DNA of 64,000 nucleotides from Puccinia triticina (Eukaryota): contig CP110439.1 in the NCBI GenBank assembly GCA_026914245.1, positions 7,068,001 to 7,132,000 on the forward strand, read 5' to 3'. Made by a program: the position numbers and the translations under genes. Position 1 is the stretch's first letter. Each line of letters starts with the position of its first letter. The notes beneath the pieces are model-generated. The model was not told the DNA's origin, did not search any database, and saw only the letters and a program-made list of their open reading frames with translations. This document shows, one piece after another, positions 1 to 10,951 of the stretch.

Positions 1-360
1 GTTGATGGGCCTGACGGTCCCGTCTCCGTTTATTGCGGCTCCTAGGGGATTTGTTCTGAAGAAATCGTACCGTTCCATGAGTTCTTTGTGAGAGAACGTT
101 CCGAACATGCGGCCGGCCGCGATCTCTTTGGCTATTGTGGCTTCAATTTTCTCCCGGGCCAGCAAAGCGCCTTGGTGGTTTGGGGGGGGGGGGTGTAGTA
201 GGGTACTCCCGGGCCTAAGTTGTGTTCCGGGATCCCTTGGTGGAAACCGTTCGGGAAGCCGAGTAACACATCCTAGTATTCGTCTAGCAGGCCTGCCTGC
301 TTCAGAGACTTCTCCCATTCTCCTATATTCATCTCACAAGTGACCTTACCGGGCCATCTC
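1..360 (-). pseudogene. N-terminal part of a DIRS/Ngaro-type reverse transcriptase, disrupted
   Basis: Manual translation: WPGKVTCEMNIGEWEKSLKQAGLLDEY*DVLLGFPNGFHQGIPEH...YYT/PPNHQGALLAREKIEATIAKEIAAGRMFGTFS...FFRTNPLGAAINGDGTVRPIN. It contains an in-frame stop and a frameshift in the G run at about 182-193. Confidence 0.75.
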
Positions 361-865
361 GGCTGGACCTGGTGAGTTCTTTGCTCTGCTACGTTCACTG
401 GTGTCTCAACGGGGTTCTCCCTTGCTTCGTAGTCTCTGGGGGTGCACGTGAGAGGTTACTCATTAGAAATTGTTTCATAAATGATTTTTATTTCTTGGGA
501 CAATTGGGATGTGGGGGATCCAACAATCTAGGTGTAACTGTAGGGTAAGGTGGAATCAGAGAAAGAAGGGGGAGGGGATTGGGTGTGAAATAAGAAAACA
601 AGTGCAAGAGGAGATTGAAATGTGCCAGGCATCTGGTTTGGCAATTTCTATCAGAACGGTGCGGTTCTGTTAGGGAGTGGTACGGAGGGTAGCGTTGTCC
701 GAGGGGAATAAGGGAATTGCATCAGGGAGGGAATGGACGATGGGTTGGGGGGGGGAGAAAATTGGGGAGAAGTGGTTGGGGACCTATTGATCTCTGTTCC
801 GGTGGCGCACACTCCCGCTGGTGTGGTTGGGGTTGTAGTGATTTCCCTTGTAAGAGCATCTCTAA

Positions 866-1859
866 CGGAGCCGCGACTGGGCGTTCGGGGGCAAACTTTG
901 GCCGCCCGGGCTCCTTTCTTGCGCGCTAACGGACCCGCAAAACAACCCTGGGAACACTGCCGGGGGCAGTCAAACCCGCGATCACCTGCTGACTTCTGCG
1001 GGTCGCCTCCCAGCCGCAATTGACCAGACACACCTCCATCCACTGGACTTCATCAGCAAAGATGGTCCACAACACACCCCAACTCCTACTCGAAGCTCAC
1101 CAAGACTGAAAAAAACATGTATGCGTTGGATCAATGTCAAGACTCCTCTTGATAACCGGGTCTGTTCCGGTCACTGAGAGGAGCAAATATGTACTCCTCT
1201 CAATTACTGGTTCTCTTGGCCAGTCATCGAGAGGAGTAAACAATCACCTCGATGAACGGTTCTCTCCGTTCATCGAGAGGAGTAAACACTTGTACATCCT
1301 TGATGACCGGGCCCGTTCCGGTCATTGAGAAGAGTACAATGTAAGATAACTCCCCTCGATGACTGGTCTGCTTGGGTCATCGAGAGGAGTGTTTCCTCCT
1401 CTTGATGACCGGGTTTGCTCCTGTCATCGAGATACGTGCGTGGTCCTCTCCAGTCATCGAGAGGAGTAAACAACTCGACTCAATGACTGGGCGGTTCTCT
1501 CCGGTCATCGAGAGGAGTATAATATAAGATGACCCCTCTCAATGACTGGTCCACTCGGGTCATCAAGAGAAGTTTTTCCTTCTTTTGCTCCGGTCATCAA
1601 TATACATGCGTCCCGATGACCAGAACGTTCTGGTCATCAATGTACATGCCTCCCGATGACCAGAAAATTCCGGTCATCGAGGGGAGTATGCTATACTCCT
1701 ATTGATGACCAGAACGTTCCGGTCATTGAGCAGAGTATGCTATACTCCTACTGATGACTGGAACGAGGGAGGTGGGTGGTGCTGGAGGAGTGAGATCTGT
1801 CTGTTGGATTGCAGCTTGAACTGCCAGTCCATAATTGGAGCTGAGCCGCGACTGCTGTG
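866..1859. mobile_element. Truncated CACTA-like non-autonomous insertion in the DIRS gag region, with an internal array of (TCATCGAG/GATGACC) repeats
   Basis: The right end reads ...GAGCCGCGACTGCTGTG (CAC on the minus strand). About 1130-1765 is a degenerate GATGACCGG/GTCATCGAGAGGAGT array similar to the interior of the CACTA elements at 14067 and 62845. The left TIR and TSD are not found. Confidence 0.45.
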
Positions 1860-2021
1860 ACATGTGCTTGCGGGCCGGGGAACGCAGGCCAACTGCCCCC
1901 TGGACCGTTGGAGATGCTCTAACCGCTTCCGGGGGGGGCCCGGTTTGGCGGGTAGGGATGATGGGCCGTGCGGGGCCGCTGGCGACTTGTTGGTGGCTTG
2001 TTTTTGGCTTGTTTTGGCCTT

Positions 2022-3327
2022 CTATGGGTTTGATTGGCCTTGATGGGCGGGTCGGGACGGCTTGTGTGGGCGGATTCCTTTCAGTGGGTCACCACCTACT
2101 CGGCCCTCTCCAATGGCGTACGGATTCTCCTGGAGTCCAACTTCATTGAAGTCACGGCATAAGGAGATTGCCTTGTCGGCCATTTCTTGCTTAAATTTGG
2201 AGATGTTGGAGAACGCTTCTTCTCCGTCTACCTCAACCCTGAATGCAAAAGCATTGTTCCTGATCCTCACGTCGTACCGGAGGGCAACCATGAATCCGTG
2301 TTTCCAATGAAGTTGGTCGCAGTGTCCCTTGTGCGTCAGGATCCAATCTGCAAAGACCGGGTAGTTATACCTATCCCTCATGGTCAAATGAAAGCACCGG
2401 TGGTTCAGGGTCCAATCTGTGAAGGACTGGGAGAATTTGTTCCGGACCGGGAGGCCATGGTAGCGAAGTCCTTTTTCTGCAGCTGTTTCGTTGGTTTTTG
2501 GCTGGTTTTGGGAGTGGTGGATCAGGGCTTTCTCTTGCCACTCACGGTTGAATATGGTTAAGGGAAGAGGTCCCTTGCACTCCAGGAGGAGTTTGTGGAA
2601 ATACGGGGTGAAACCGCTGTCGTCGTGCGAATTGGAGCAGCCAACAATGAATTTCACGGTACGTACTTGAGTGACTTCTTCGGCTGTAGACGGTCTCTTC
2701 TGGGGGACGACTGGAGAAGGGAACACCACTTGGATGTTGTTGTCCACGGCAGTTTTCTTCTTCTTTGACTTATCTGCCAAGACCACTTTGTACATCTTGG
2801 AGTAGCGGTCTATCGCGGCTTTGTCTCCAGCTTTCTCGGCTTTGATTAGTCTGGCCATCAGAAATGCGCGAGTTTCCCGTTCCTTCTCTTCTTCTGAGTC
2901 GGAATCGTTCACCATCAAGGCTTTCCCGGGTTGCTTCGGAGCTGTGGGGTTTTCTTTTGGTTAGTTTCTTGCCATTCCGGCTACTGGAGTGGGCTCTTTG
3001 CTTACCACTAGGGTTTGCGAGTATCTCCGCGATTTCCAGCTCTTTGAGGGTCTCCCTTGAGGGTTCCTTGGCTTCTTGTTCAGTTTGTTGCCCAAGTGGG
3101 TTGTTCTTGGTTGCCGCTCGGGTGGAGGGTTTGGGGGCTTTTGCGGCCTTGGGTGGCTTTGGCAGGGTGCCGGGAATTTGTGACGACGAGTTGGGGGTGC
3201 TCGTGTTTGCGCCTGGTTCTTGGGGGGGAGGTTGGTGGGCCGACTGGCTAGGCTCGCCCTGTGGGTTTGGGTTTTGAGCTGCGGCTTTCATGCTATTTGA
3301 AGTGTCTTGGATGTTTAGGTCTGACAT
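2022..3327 (-). pseudogene. gag-like ORF1 of the DIRS/Ngaro element, frameshifted
   Basis: Two overlapping minus-strand ORFs (2770-3327 and 2022-2918) lie upstream of the RT in the same orientation. Confidence 0.6.
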
Positions 3328-5278
3328 TTGAGGGATTGTTGTCGGTGGGGATGTGTGGGGTTTGGTGGTCTAGCGGGTGAGTGCGGTGGATGTGGGGGGA
3401 AATGGGTGTAGGTCAAGAGTGAGAAACGTGGAGTTCGGTGGATGTGGGGGAAATGGGGATATCTAAGGTTGATGGGTGATTGGATAAGTGAGAGTTTGGG
3501 AGTTTGGGCGCATGAAAGGATTAGATAAGTGAGAGTTTGGGAATCTGGGCGTATGAAAATTTGGGAGATCCGGAGTTTCTATGTGTAAAGTTAATCTTTC
3601 AAAATTCTGGGCTCTTACGGAAAGGTCACGGAGCTAGGAATTTCCTGAAGGAGTACAGGAGGGAGAGGGAAGGAAAGGAGAGCCGAGTGAGACCTTTGAG
3701 GGGACACTGGCATGGGGCTTCTAGGTAGGGGCAAGTCTCATCCTCAACTTCCCCTTCCGCCCTGTATACGCCTCATTTCTCTAGGTTGTAGCGCGTGATG
3801 CTGTAAGCAGCCATCTTCCACGTGCTTCGCCTATGAGGCGCTCATCTGACGGGGCTGGGCGGCCACCATGGACTCCACCCACCTCCCGCTAGCGCTCCCG
3901 GTAACAAACAGTAAAGCCATTGCAGTAACTTTACCCCACTGTCATGCCAGTGCAATGCACCGTTGATGCTGACTTGACAGCTGGGTTGGATGGGTCAGAC
4001 CAACGTCAATCTGACCCATCCCCGGCGTTGACCTGCCTCCGCAGTCAAATTTGTGGCAGGCATGTCAAACCTGACATTCCCTTGACCCCGCAGGCGCGCC
4101 AACGCAACTCAAAGTTGAGAATTGAGCAGTGGTGTAGGCCTAATGTGGGGGTTGTGGTGCGTAGGCCACCCACCAAAAAGTGGCAGAAATGTAGTCTTTG
4201 AGTTTTGCAGCCTGTAGTTTCAACGCTGGCCATTCCAGCTACCGGAACTTAGAATAGAAGCTCCTCCATGGTGTCAATTTTTAGAGCTCTCCCCCCATCA
4301 ATCAGCCCACCGGACTATTTTTGGTGGATTTTTGAAATGAGTCAAGGCAAGCCAGAACAACCCTCATCTGGCGCGGTGCTTGAGTCCGGTCCGAGCACAT
4401 CCAGATTTTGTTTGGCTTCTTCATTGTTTATTTTTTGTTTGACTAGTTGTATCAGAATTCTGAGCAGACAAAAAAATAGCCAAGATGCCAGGGTATCTAT
4501 TGATGCCCGGGACCTCATATGTAGCTTGCAAACCGAGTGAGCTACAGCCTGTGTAAGTTGAACCACCCATTCCCGCACGCGCCACGACCCCCACTTTAGT
4601 CCTAAGTCCCTCCCTGAGGCTGGCGGCACTTCGTTCACCACTCAGCCCCGCCCAGGGGCTAACTTAACAAAGTCCCTCCTCTGCGGGGCTGAGTGGGGAG
4701 CAGAGTGCCGCCAACCGCAGGGAGGGACTTACAACTTATGCAGGGGTGCTCGCCTGAGAGCACCGGGCAAAAACCTGGTTTGACTTTGAGGGCATGTAGC
4801 TTGCTTGTTTTGCAAGCTACATATGAGGTTCCGACCATCGACGGATGTGAATGCATTCTGCCTGTCTTTCTATTGACTCTGTTTTTGAAGAGAGTCACTC
4901 GAACAAAAAATCAAAGGAGAATAAAAAGAAAAGCAAATTTCCCCGCTCGGACCTGCGGGGCCAGAAGTGGGGTGGTCTTGAGGCTTGCCACTTTCTTCAA
5001 AAACCAATCAAAAAATCCCTTGATGCTATTGCAATGAGCTGAAGAGCTTAAAAATTCAATGATGTATATAGCTGCTCAAGTCCCGACAATGGGGGGGGCA
5101 GTGTTGAAGCTGCAGGCTACAAAATTCAAAGAGTGATTTTCCATCACTTTTTGGTGGGTGGTCTCCCACCCACCAAAAAGTGGGTGGCTTCGCCACCAGC
5201 CAAAAGCTCCACCCAAATGAGTTACCCCCCGGACCACCACCCAAACTCCGAACTCCGACCTCCCGCATGGGGAGGGAC

Positions 5279-8114
5279 TAGGGTTGACGGCGCCACCCCT
5301 GGGTGCGCGCCGATGTGCGGGCGCCTCGCACGCGCGCCCCGGGCGCGCACATTTTTCCTAAAAAGGGGGGGGTGCGCGCACTTTCACATCAAAATTGTTG
5401 CAGGGAGAGTCTGGAGGGTCTGGCAGCATTCCCAGCTTGCCTGAGCGTCCCTGAGAGCCCATGACATTAGCCTGAGAGTGTTAAATTGTTCCACATAGAA
5501 TGACAGGTCAATGTGGGACATAGATGTCGGGATCTCGAAGGCAGTTCTAGTCTTTAGAACGGCAGGCTTTGGAATCCAACTCCGGAGAAGTTTTATTTAT
5601 TTTACTTTTTTGCAACTGCAGCAGTTTTTGTTTCACAAGATGCCACCCACCAGAAATCAACCCAATATACAGTCACAAGGATGGTCCAAGCCGACAAAAA
5701 TTCATGGCCCACAGTGGAATGGATTTGTAATGTCAGATCTACGAAAGGACCAATCCCGAAGGCGTCAGGCTAAGTGCACCTATTGTAATAAGCAGTTTAA
5801 TCAAGCAAAGCCTACCCAGCTTTTCAGTCACATCAAGGATTCCTGCGTGGCGATTCCGGCGGAGAAAAAAGCTGAATATATACGAGACGTCTTGAAGGAT
5901 TCTAGTCAGAAATTCTCAAGAGAGCTGGAAGAGACCTCCGATAACAATGATGGCCAAATGATCTCTGTTTCTGTTGCGCCTGCTGGTCAATCTAAATCAG
6001 TCGAAAACTACTTTCGCGCGATGTCTAGAGAAAAAACGTGCCATCTTCATGAACTCCTTACAAAAGCGCTACTCAGCTCCAATATCCCAATGACATTACT
6101 TGAGAATCCTTACTTCCAAGAGTATCAATCCGAACTAGCTCGATCTCCATATCAACTACCGCGACGCGTGCAGGTTATGGAGAAGATATTGCCAATGGTT
6201 CATGCAAGACACGAAGCTGAATTATTCAAAAATCTCAAGGATCAGAAACAGATGACCTTATCGTTGGATGGCTGGACGGACAATTCAGGAAACAGTATCT
6301 ATGCGCTGTTGGCCCTCAAAGGTACGAAGAAGAAGTACTTCCTTGATGTGCTAGATTTAAACTCGAAGAGGCACACTGCAGACAATATATTTTCAGCAAT
6401 CAAGAGCTCCTTGAAAGCAAAGCAACTTGATTTCGAGCAGTTTGGTGCCATTGTGACTGATTCTCCATCAACTATGATCAAGCTTTGAGTGAGTCAATCT
6501 GTTACTCGACATTAATTTAGGCATTCTCATTTTGCTTATTGTCTGTCTTTCTATCCAGAGAATTGTGAATGAAGAACATCCGCACATTCTACAAGTTCAC
6601 TGCACTTTGCATGTGTTCAACTTGATTGCAAAGCGACTTGTCAACCATCCAAGCATGGCCGAAATTGTCAAGGCAAATAAGACTCTTGTTAACTACTTTT
6701 CGCAAGCGGGGTTCTGGCGCAAACATCTTGCTACTTGGCAAAAAGAGAACGAAATCAAACACGGTCTCAAAACTCTTTGTGAAACATGGTGGTACTCGAT
6801 GGCCAAGGTCTGCCTAGGAGTCCAATCCCATGAGATTGGATTTCGCAAGTGCCTGGAACTACTTCGCGACCCTCTTGTTGATACACCCTCAATGACCAAA
6901 GCAGTTATTGAAGTCATTGAGGATCGCGATCATTTTACTGGCAATCAAACACTGGTTTGTCTCCTCAAACCAGTAGTTGATGCAATTGGTAATCTCGAAC
7001 GGGCTGAGACAACCCTTGCCGATATATGGAAGGAATTATTGGACACTTACAAGAACATATCCGAAGTCGACGTTTACACACGATTTGAACCTTTTAAAGT
7101 GCATTGTCTTGATGTTATACATGCACAAACTAAAGTATACCATGAAGAAATCTACATCGTGGCTTTCTTCCTTCACCCAGCCTATCGCCGTGTTGCTGTT
7201 TCAAAGAAGCACTCACTTCCAGATATCGGCCAGATGATACTCCAACTGGCGAAGAACTGGAGGTTCACCAAATCCGAGGCATCTCTCCTGAAAGATTCCA
7301 TCAATTGCTATTATAATGCAATCTATCCATTCAATTTGAAGAACACGGACAAACCTCTTGAATTCTGGCTTGCAGTACCACACACACCCGACTCCGAACC
7401 GATGAAAAAGCTAGCAATCGGCATGCTCAATATTGTTCCTCACGCTGCTGGAGTAGAAGGTCTTTTCTCAATGATGAGTGCGATAAAAACAAAGTTTCGC
7501 AATTGACTTGCTCCAAAATGGCTCAGATCAAGCTACATCTTCTTCAAGGTGATCCGTTGCTTGCTCCGCGAAAACAGAAAAGAAGAAAAAATCCAACCCG
7601 AAATGACTCTGAGTACGAGAACATGATGGTGTATGATAGCTTCATCACTCCAGACGAACTCCAAGCATTCGAGGAGGGGATATTTAACGATAATCAAAAT
7701 GAAGACCTTACCCTCACTTCAAGAGAAGATGCCTTTATGAACACTCTGTTTGATTTTAACCTGTGGGAATCTGCTTCTAAGAAACCCACTGGCGCAAGCG
7801 AGGAAATCGAGGTTGTGGCCGTTGAAAGTGAGGGCGAAGACACCAACTGGGATCCCCAAGAACTTTGGGGTGTTTAATTCATTAATTTTCTCCTCATCCC
7901 TCTTGTTTCTATGTCATTTCCTTCTTGTACATAGCCTCACTAACATCAAGAATTGAACTTCGTGGCTTAAAATACAAGCACAATACTTTTTTTCTGATAA
8001 AATGGAAGGCGCCCCAGCGCGCCGCCCCTGCGCCAGCCAAAGGCGCGCACTTGCTGGCTGGTTTGGAGGCGCCCGTTGGCGCGCACTTTTTCAAATGTGG
8101 CGCCGTCAACCCTA
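5279..8114 (+). mobile_element. hAT DNA transposon, 2836 bp, with a decayed transposase
   Basis: Perfect 18-bp TIR TAGGGTTGACGGCGCCAC. 8-bp TSD GGAGGGAC at 5271-5278 and 8115-8122. Confidence 0.95.
5640..7877 (+). pseudogene. hAT transposase (BED-like zinc finger, DUF659/RNase H-like core, C-terminal dimerisation region), one intron 6489-6558
   Basis: Motifs CTYC..H..C, LSLDGWTD, VTDS, CTLH, ET(W)WYS and VEGLFS. TGA stops at 6486-6488 and 7504-7506, plus a frameshift near 7515. Confidence 0.88.
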
Positions 8115-8162
8115 GGAGGGACTTTGATAAGTTAGGCCCAGGGGGGACTTTGTTAAGTTAGC

Positions 8163-9382
8163 TATCGAAAGCTCTTGGCTGCCCACTTCAAAGCCATCTC
8201 GCCCCTCTTCGACGTGCCCCTTGACGCCAATCTCTACACTGACGCCCTCAGCCTGCCCGCCTAATCGCCCGTTCCGTTGCGGGAGATCGAGGCCATGGAG
8301 TCTGGAGACCCACGCCTTCCAGGCCGATACCCTGCATGCCCTGCTCGGCCTCATGTTCAAGAACCAGCTCTCCACCCACAAACCCTCAGCCCCCCTCAGA
8401 CTCCTTGCAGCACACATCAACAGCAAGTTTTCTGGAACCCCCACACGACCAGTTTGTACGCCCCACCGACTCCGCCGACCCCGTCGCTAAGCTTGCAAAG
8501 GCGCTTTTCCCCCTCTTTCTTGCTCACATATCAAACTTGGCCAGCACGCAATGCCCGCTGAACGTGTCACCCTCCAGGTCGTCCTCTTTGATGGCAAGGA
8601 AGCCTTACACTTCCAGGAAGGGACCAATACCGACTCCTTGTACGGTGCAAGGTCTTCGACGGCGAGCAAGCCTTCCTGGAATGGACTGAAGCCATCTCCT
8701 TGTACGGTGAAAGGTCAATCTCCCTTGTCTCTCTCTTCAGCAAGCCCCCATACATCTAAACCAAACCCTTCTTTCTTTTTAAAAAGGGCCCTGGCTGCGA
8801 AATGGCCCGAGCCGTTGCGGACACCAACGGCAACAATGAAGTGTATGTGGAAAATTAACCACATCAAGAGCTTCAGTCTCTTCGATCTCCTGGGCAATCC
8901 GGGGCCGCAGTTCCAAACTTTTTTTCGCGGATGTGGCTCTTTGACACCTTCCTGAAGGCCAAGGAGCGTCTGGTATTCAGACCCACCTTTCCCCGCTTTG
9001 CCGACCTCCCCAACCTTGCCCCTCATCTACCCAATGATTTCCAGTATAGACTGCAGAACAGGAGCACGTTCCTTGTCAAGCTGCCGCTTGACCACCCCAT
9101 TGCCTTTGGATCCATTTCCGGTTTGACAACAGTCCCCACACATGTCCCCTTTTGCCGCACTCGCTCTGACCAATAGTGTGCGTGTTTCTTGCAGACAATC
9201 ATCTGCCGTTCTTGCTGCAAGGTGTCATCCATCCCCCAGTTGCACCCTTCCCGCAGGTCTGGGAAACCAACCACAACAACAGCTCCGCTCTTGACATCCA
9301 GACAATCCTTGAATGGAGCCTGATCTCCCAGGTGGCTGTAGTCCAATACCTTGACCTCGAGACCTTCCTCAACGGCTATTGA
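8163..9382 (+). pseudogene. Glutaminyl-peptide cyclotransferase (M28 family) pseudogene, 5' truncated
   Basis: Fragments in shifting frames match QC motifs: LLAAHINSKF..PPHDQFVRPTDSA, LQVVLFDGKEA..TDSLYGAR, ALAAKW, FDLLGNPGP, DNHLPFLLQGV..PFPQVW..SALDIQTILEWSLISQVAVVQYLDL. An intron is retained at about 8714-8787. Confidence 0.8.
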
Positions 9383-9565
9383 TTGACCCAACATGCAAAT
9401 CTTGGTTGACACCTTTTACATTACCCCTTATGAAAATCCTTGAATGGAGCCTGATCTCCCAGGTGGCTGTAGTCCAATACCTTGACCTCGAGACCTTCCT
9501 CAACGGCTATTGATTGACCCAACATGCAAATCTTGGTTGACACCTTTTACATTGCCCCTTATGAA
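9304..9565 (+). repeat. Tandem duplication, 2 x 131 bp, covering the end of the QC pseudogene
   Basis: 9304-9434 and 9435-9565 are identical except for one base. Confidence 0.95.
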
Positions 9566-10299
9566 ACAAGTCAAGTTCTGGTTGAAGGGGGAGTTGGTGT
9601 TGAGTGATGGCTGGATGTGGATTGGAAAATATTTGTGTCCCATGGACCCTTTGGCCTGTTGACTGGACAAGCGCTTGAGTTCTGTTCAAACCTTCAATTG
9701 GGTACACCTTTGGTGTATATGATGTCTATTGCAGGTGTTGGTTGTTAGCTTGGGTGAGAGTGTGGGAGGGACTCATGGCACTGGTAGGATTGAATTTCGC
9801 CAAGAGCTGTGGAAAGTCATCAGGAATCAGGCTTGCACCCAACAGAAGCATGATAATTTGTTTTTTATCCATTGTGGAGGTTGAATTTGAACCTGTTTTG
9901 TGAAATTGGAGATCATGGGAATGCTGAGTGGGAGGTTGGTTGGTGGTTTATGGTATTGGGTATTGGGGGCCTGGGGTTGTGGGGGGAGCTTGTGCCTTGA
10001 AAGTTTGGGGCAAAGCCACCTTGAACACTAGTGATGATTATGCGGCAAGTTGTGCCCCATATGTCAAAATGTACTAATTGTTCCTCATTTTAAAATGGTA
10101 GCCCAAGTACCGGGATTGTGAGTAGACAACATCCTTGCAACATTGCTTAAGCCTGAGTGCCTCAGTGCCTCGCAACAAGCAGCATGGTGCCTATTCTTCC
10201 TTAAAGTTTGAAAATGCAACAAGCCCACAAAAGCCAGAATTTTAAGCGTGTAGACAATACAATATGAGGTTTTGAGATTAATTGTTAGTGCTGCCCTGA

Positions 10300-10346
10300 A
10301 GTTTAAGCCTGAGACAAGTAGCGGCGCAGGGGCCCTAAGAGTCTAG
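10300..10346 (+). mobile_element. Possible Helitron 3' terminus
   Basis: AGCGGCGCAGGGGCCCTAAGAGTCTAG followed by T resembles the end of the Helitron at 49090-49119. No 5' end identified. Confidence 0.4.
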
Positions 10347-10951
10347 TTCATTGAATGATCTCATGAGCTATTATTTTGGCTGTAATATGTTCTTCAAATT
10401 TTCATGTACATTGAAATCTCCTGGCCAAAACTTGATATTATGTTTGCATATATAATTTTGGACACCATTATAGTAATACAACTCTGATACACTGAAATTG
10501 GGCTGACTTGTATTGATGGGGGAGTGACTGTTCCTACATGATTCAAGTGTCTGAAACCTGTGCCTCCTTAAAAGTCACATACACAATTATTTGCATGATG
10601 ACATAAACTGAATGAGGGCTGCCATTTTAAGCTTTATTAAACTGACATCTCCCAGGCAAAATTTGGTGTAAGATTTTATTTAACAACACATCTTCAATTT
10701 TGAACACCATAATACAACTTTCCATCAAATTTGTGATACTCACAGATGTTGATTAGACAATGAAAATTTCATTCTGAAAGGGAAATCAAGTTAAACAGGC
10801 TCTAATCAGGATCTTTATGGTTTCCAGATTTTGACAGTAAATCCTCTATTGTCAGCCTTATAAAACCACTAGCTCAAATAACAAATGAACTAGTTAAACA
10901 CTATCTTTAGAACTATCTACCTGCTAACTCCCTGATAAATATATACCAACA

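Larger units (their letters stand above)
1..3910 (-). mobile_element. Decayed tyrosine-recombinase (DIRS/Ngaro-like) retrotransposon, 5' part; continues beyond the window start
   Basis: Minus strand carries a broken gag-like ORF (3327-2022, with a C-terminal remnant YKGNHYNPNH near 790-860), followed by an RT N-terminus at 1-360. A GC-rich terminal-repeat-like leader lies at about 3690-3910. The right boundary is approximate. Confidence 0.7.
4659..8135. mobile_element. MULE (Mutator)-type MITE, about 633 bp once the nested hAT is removed
   Basis: TIR CTAACTTAACAAAGTCCCTCC / GGAGGGACTTTGATAAGTTAG (1 mismatch in 21). Perfect 9-bp TSD GCCCAGGGG at 4650-4658 and 8136-8144. Confidence 0.8.
4130..8161. 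mobile_element. Outer, older MULE-like MITE (left end not found), host of the inner MITE
   Basis: 4130-4658 is a diverged inverted homologue of 4670-5200. Its terminus resumes after the 9-bp TSD as GGACTTTGTTAAGTTAG (8145-8161). Confidence 0.55.

Noticed and set aside
1130..1765. CRISPR-like array of short palindromic repeats
   Set aside because: Eukaryotic context, degenerate repeats of variable period, no unique spacers and no cas genes. Similar repeats fill the CACTA-like elements.
5511..5639. Upstream extension of the hAT transposase ORF
   Set aside because: T-rich, UTR-like sequence; the ATG at 5640 is the more plausible start.
4658..8162. Single element bounded by GCTAACTTAACAAAGTCCC inverted repeats
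   Set aside because: No TSD at those limits. The 9-bp TSD at 4650/8136 shows the two ends belong to different nested copies.
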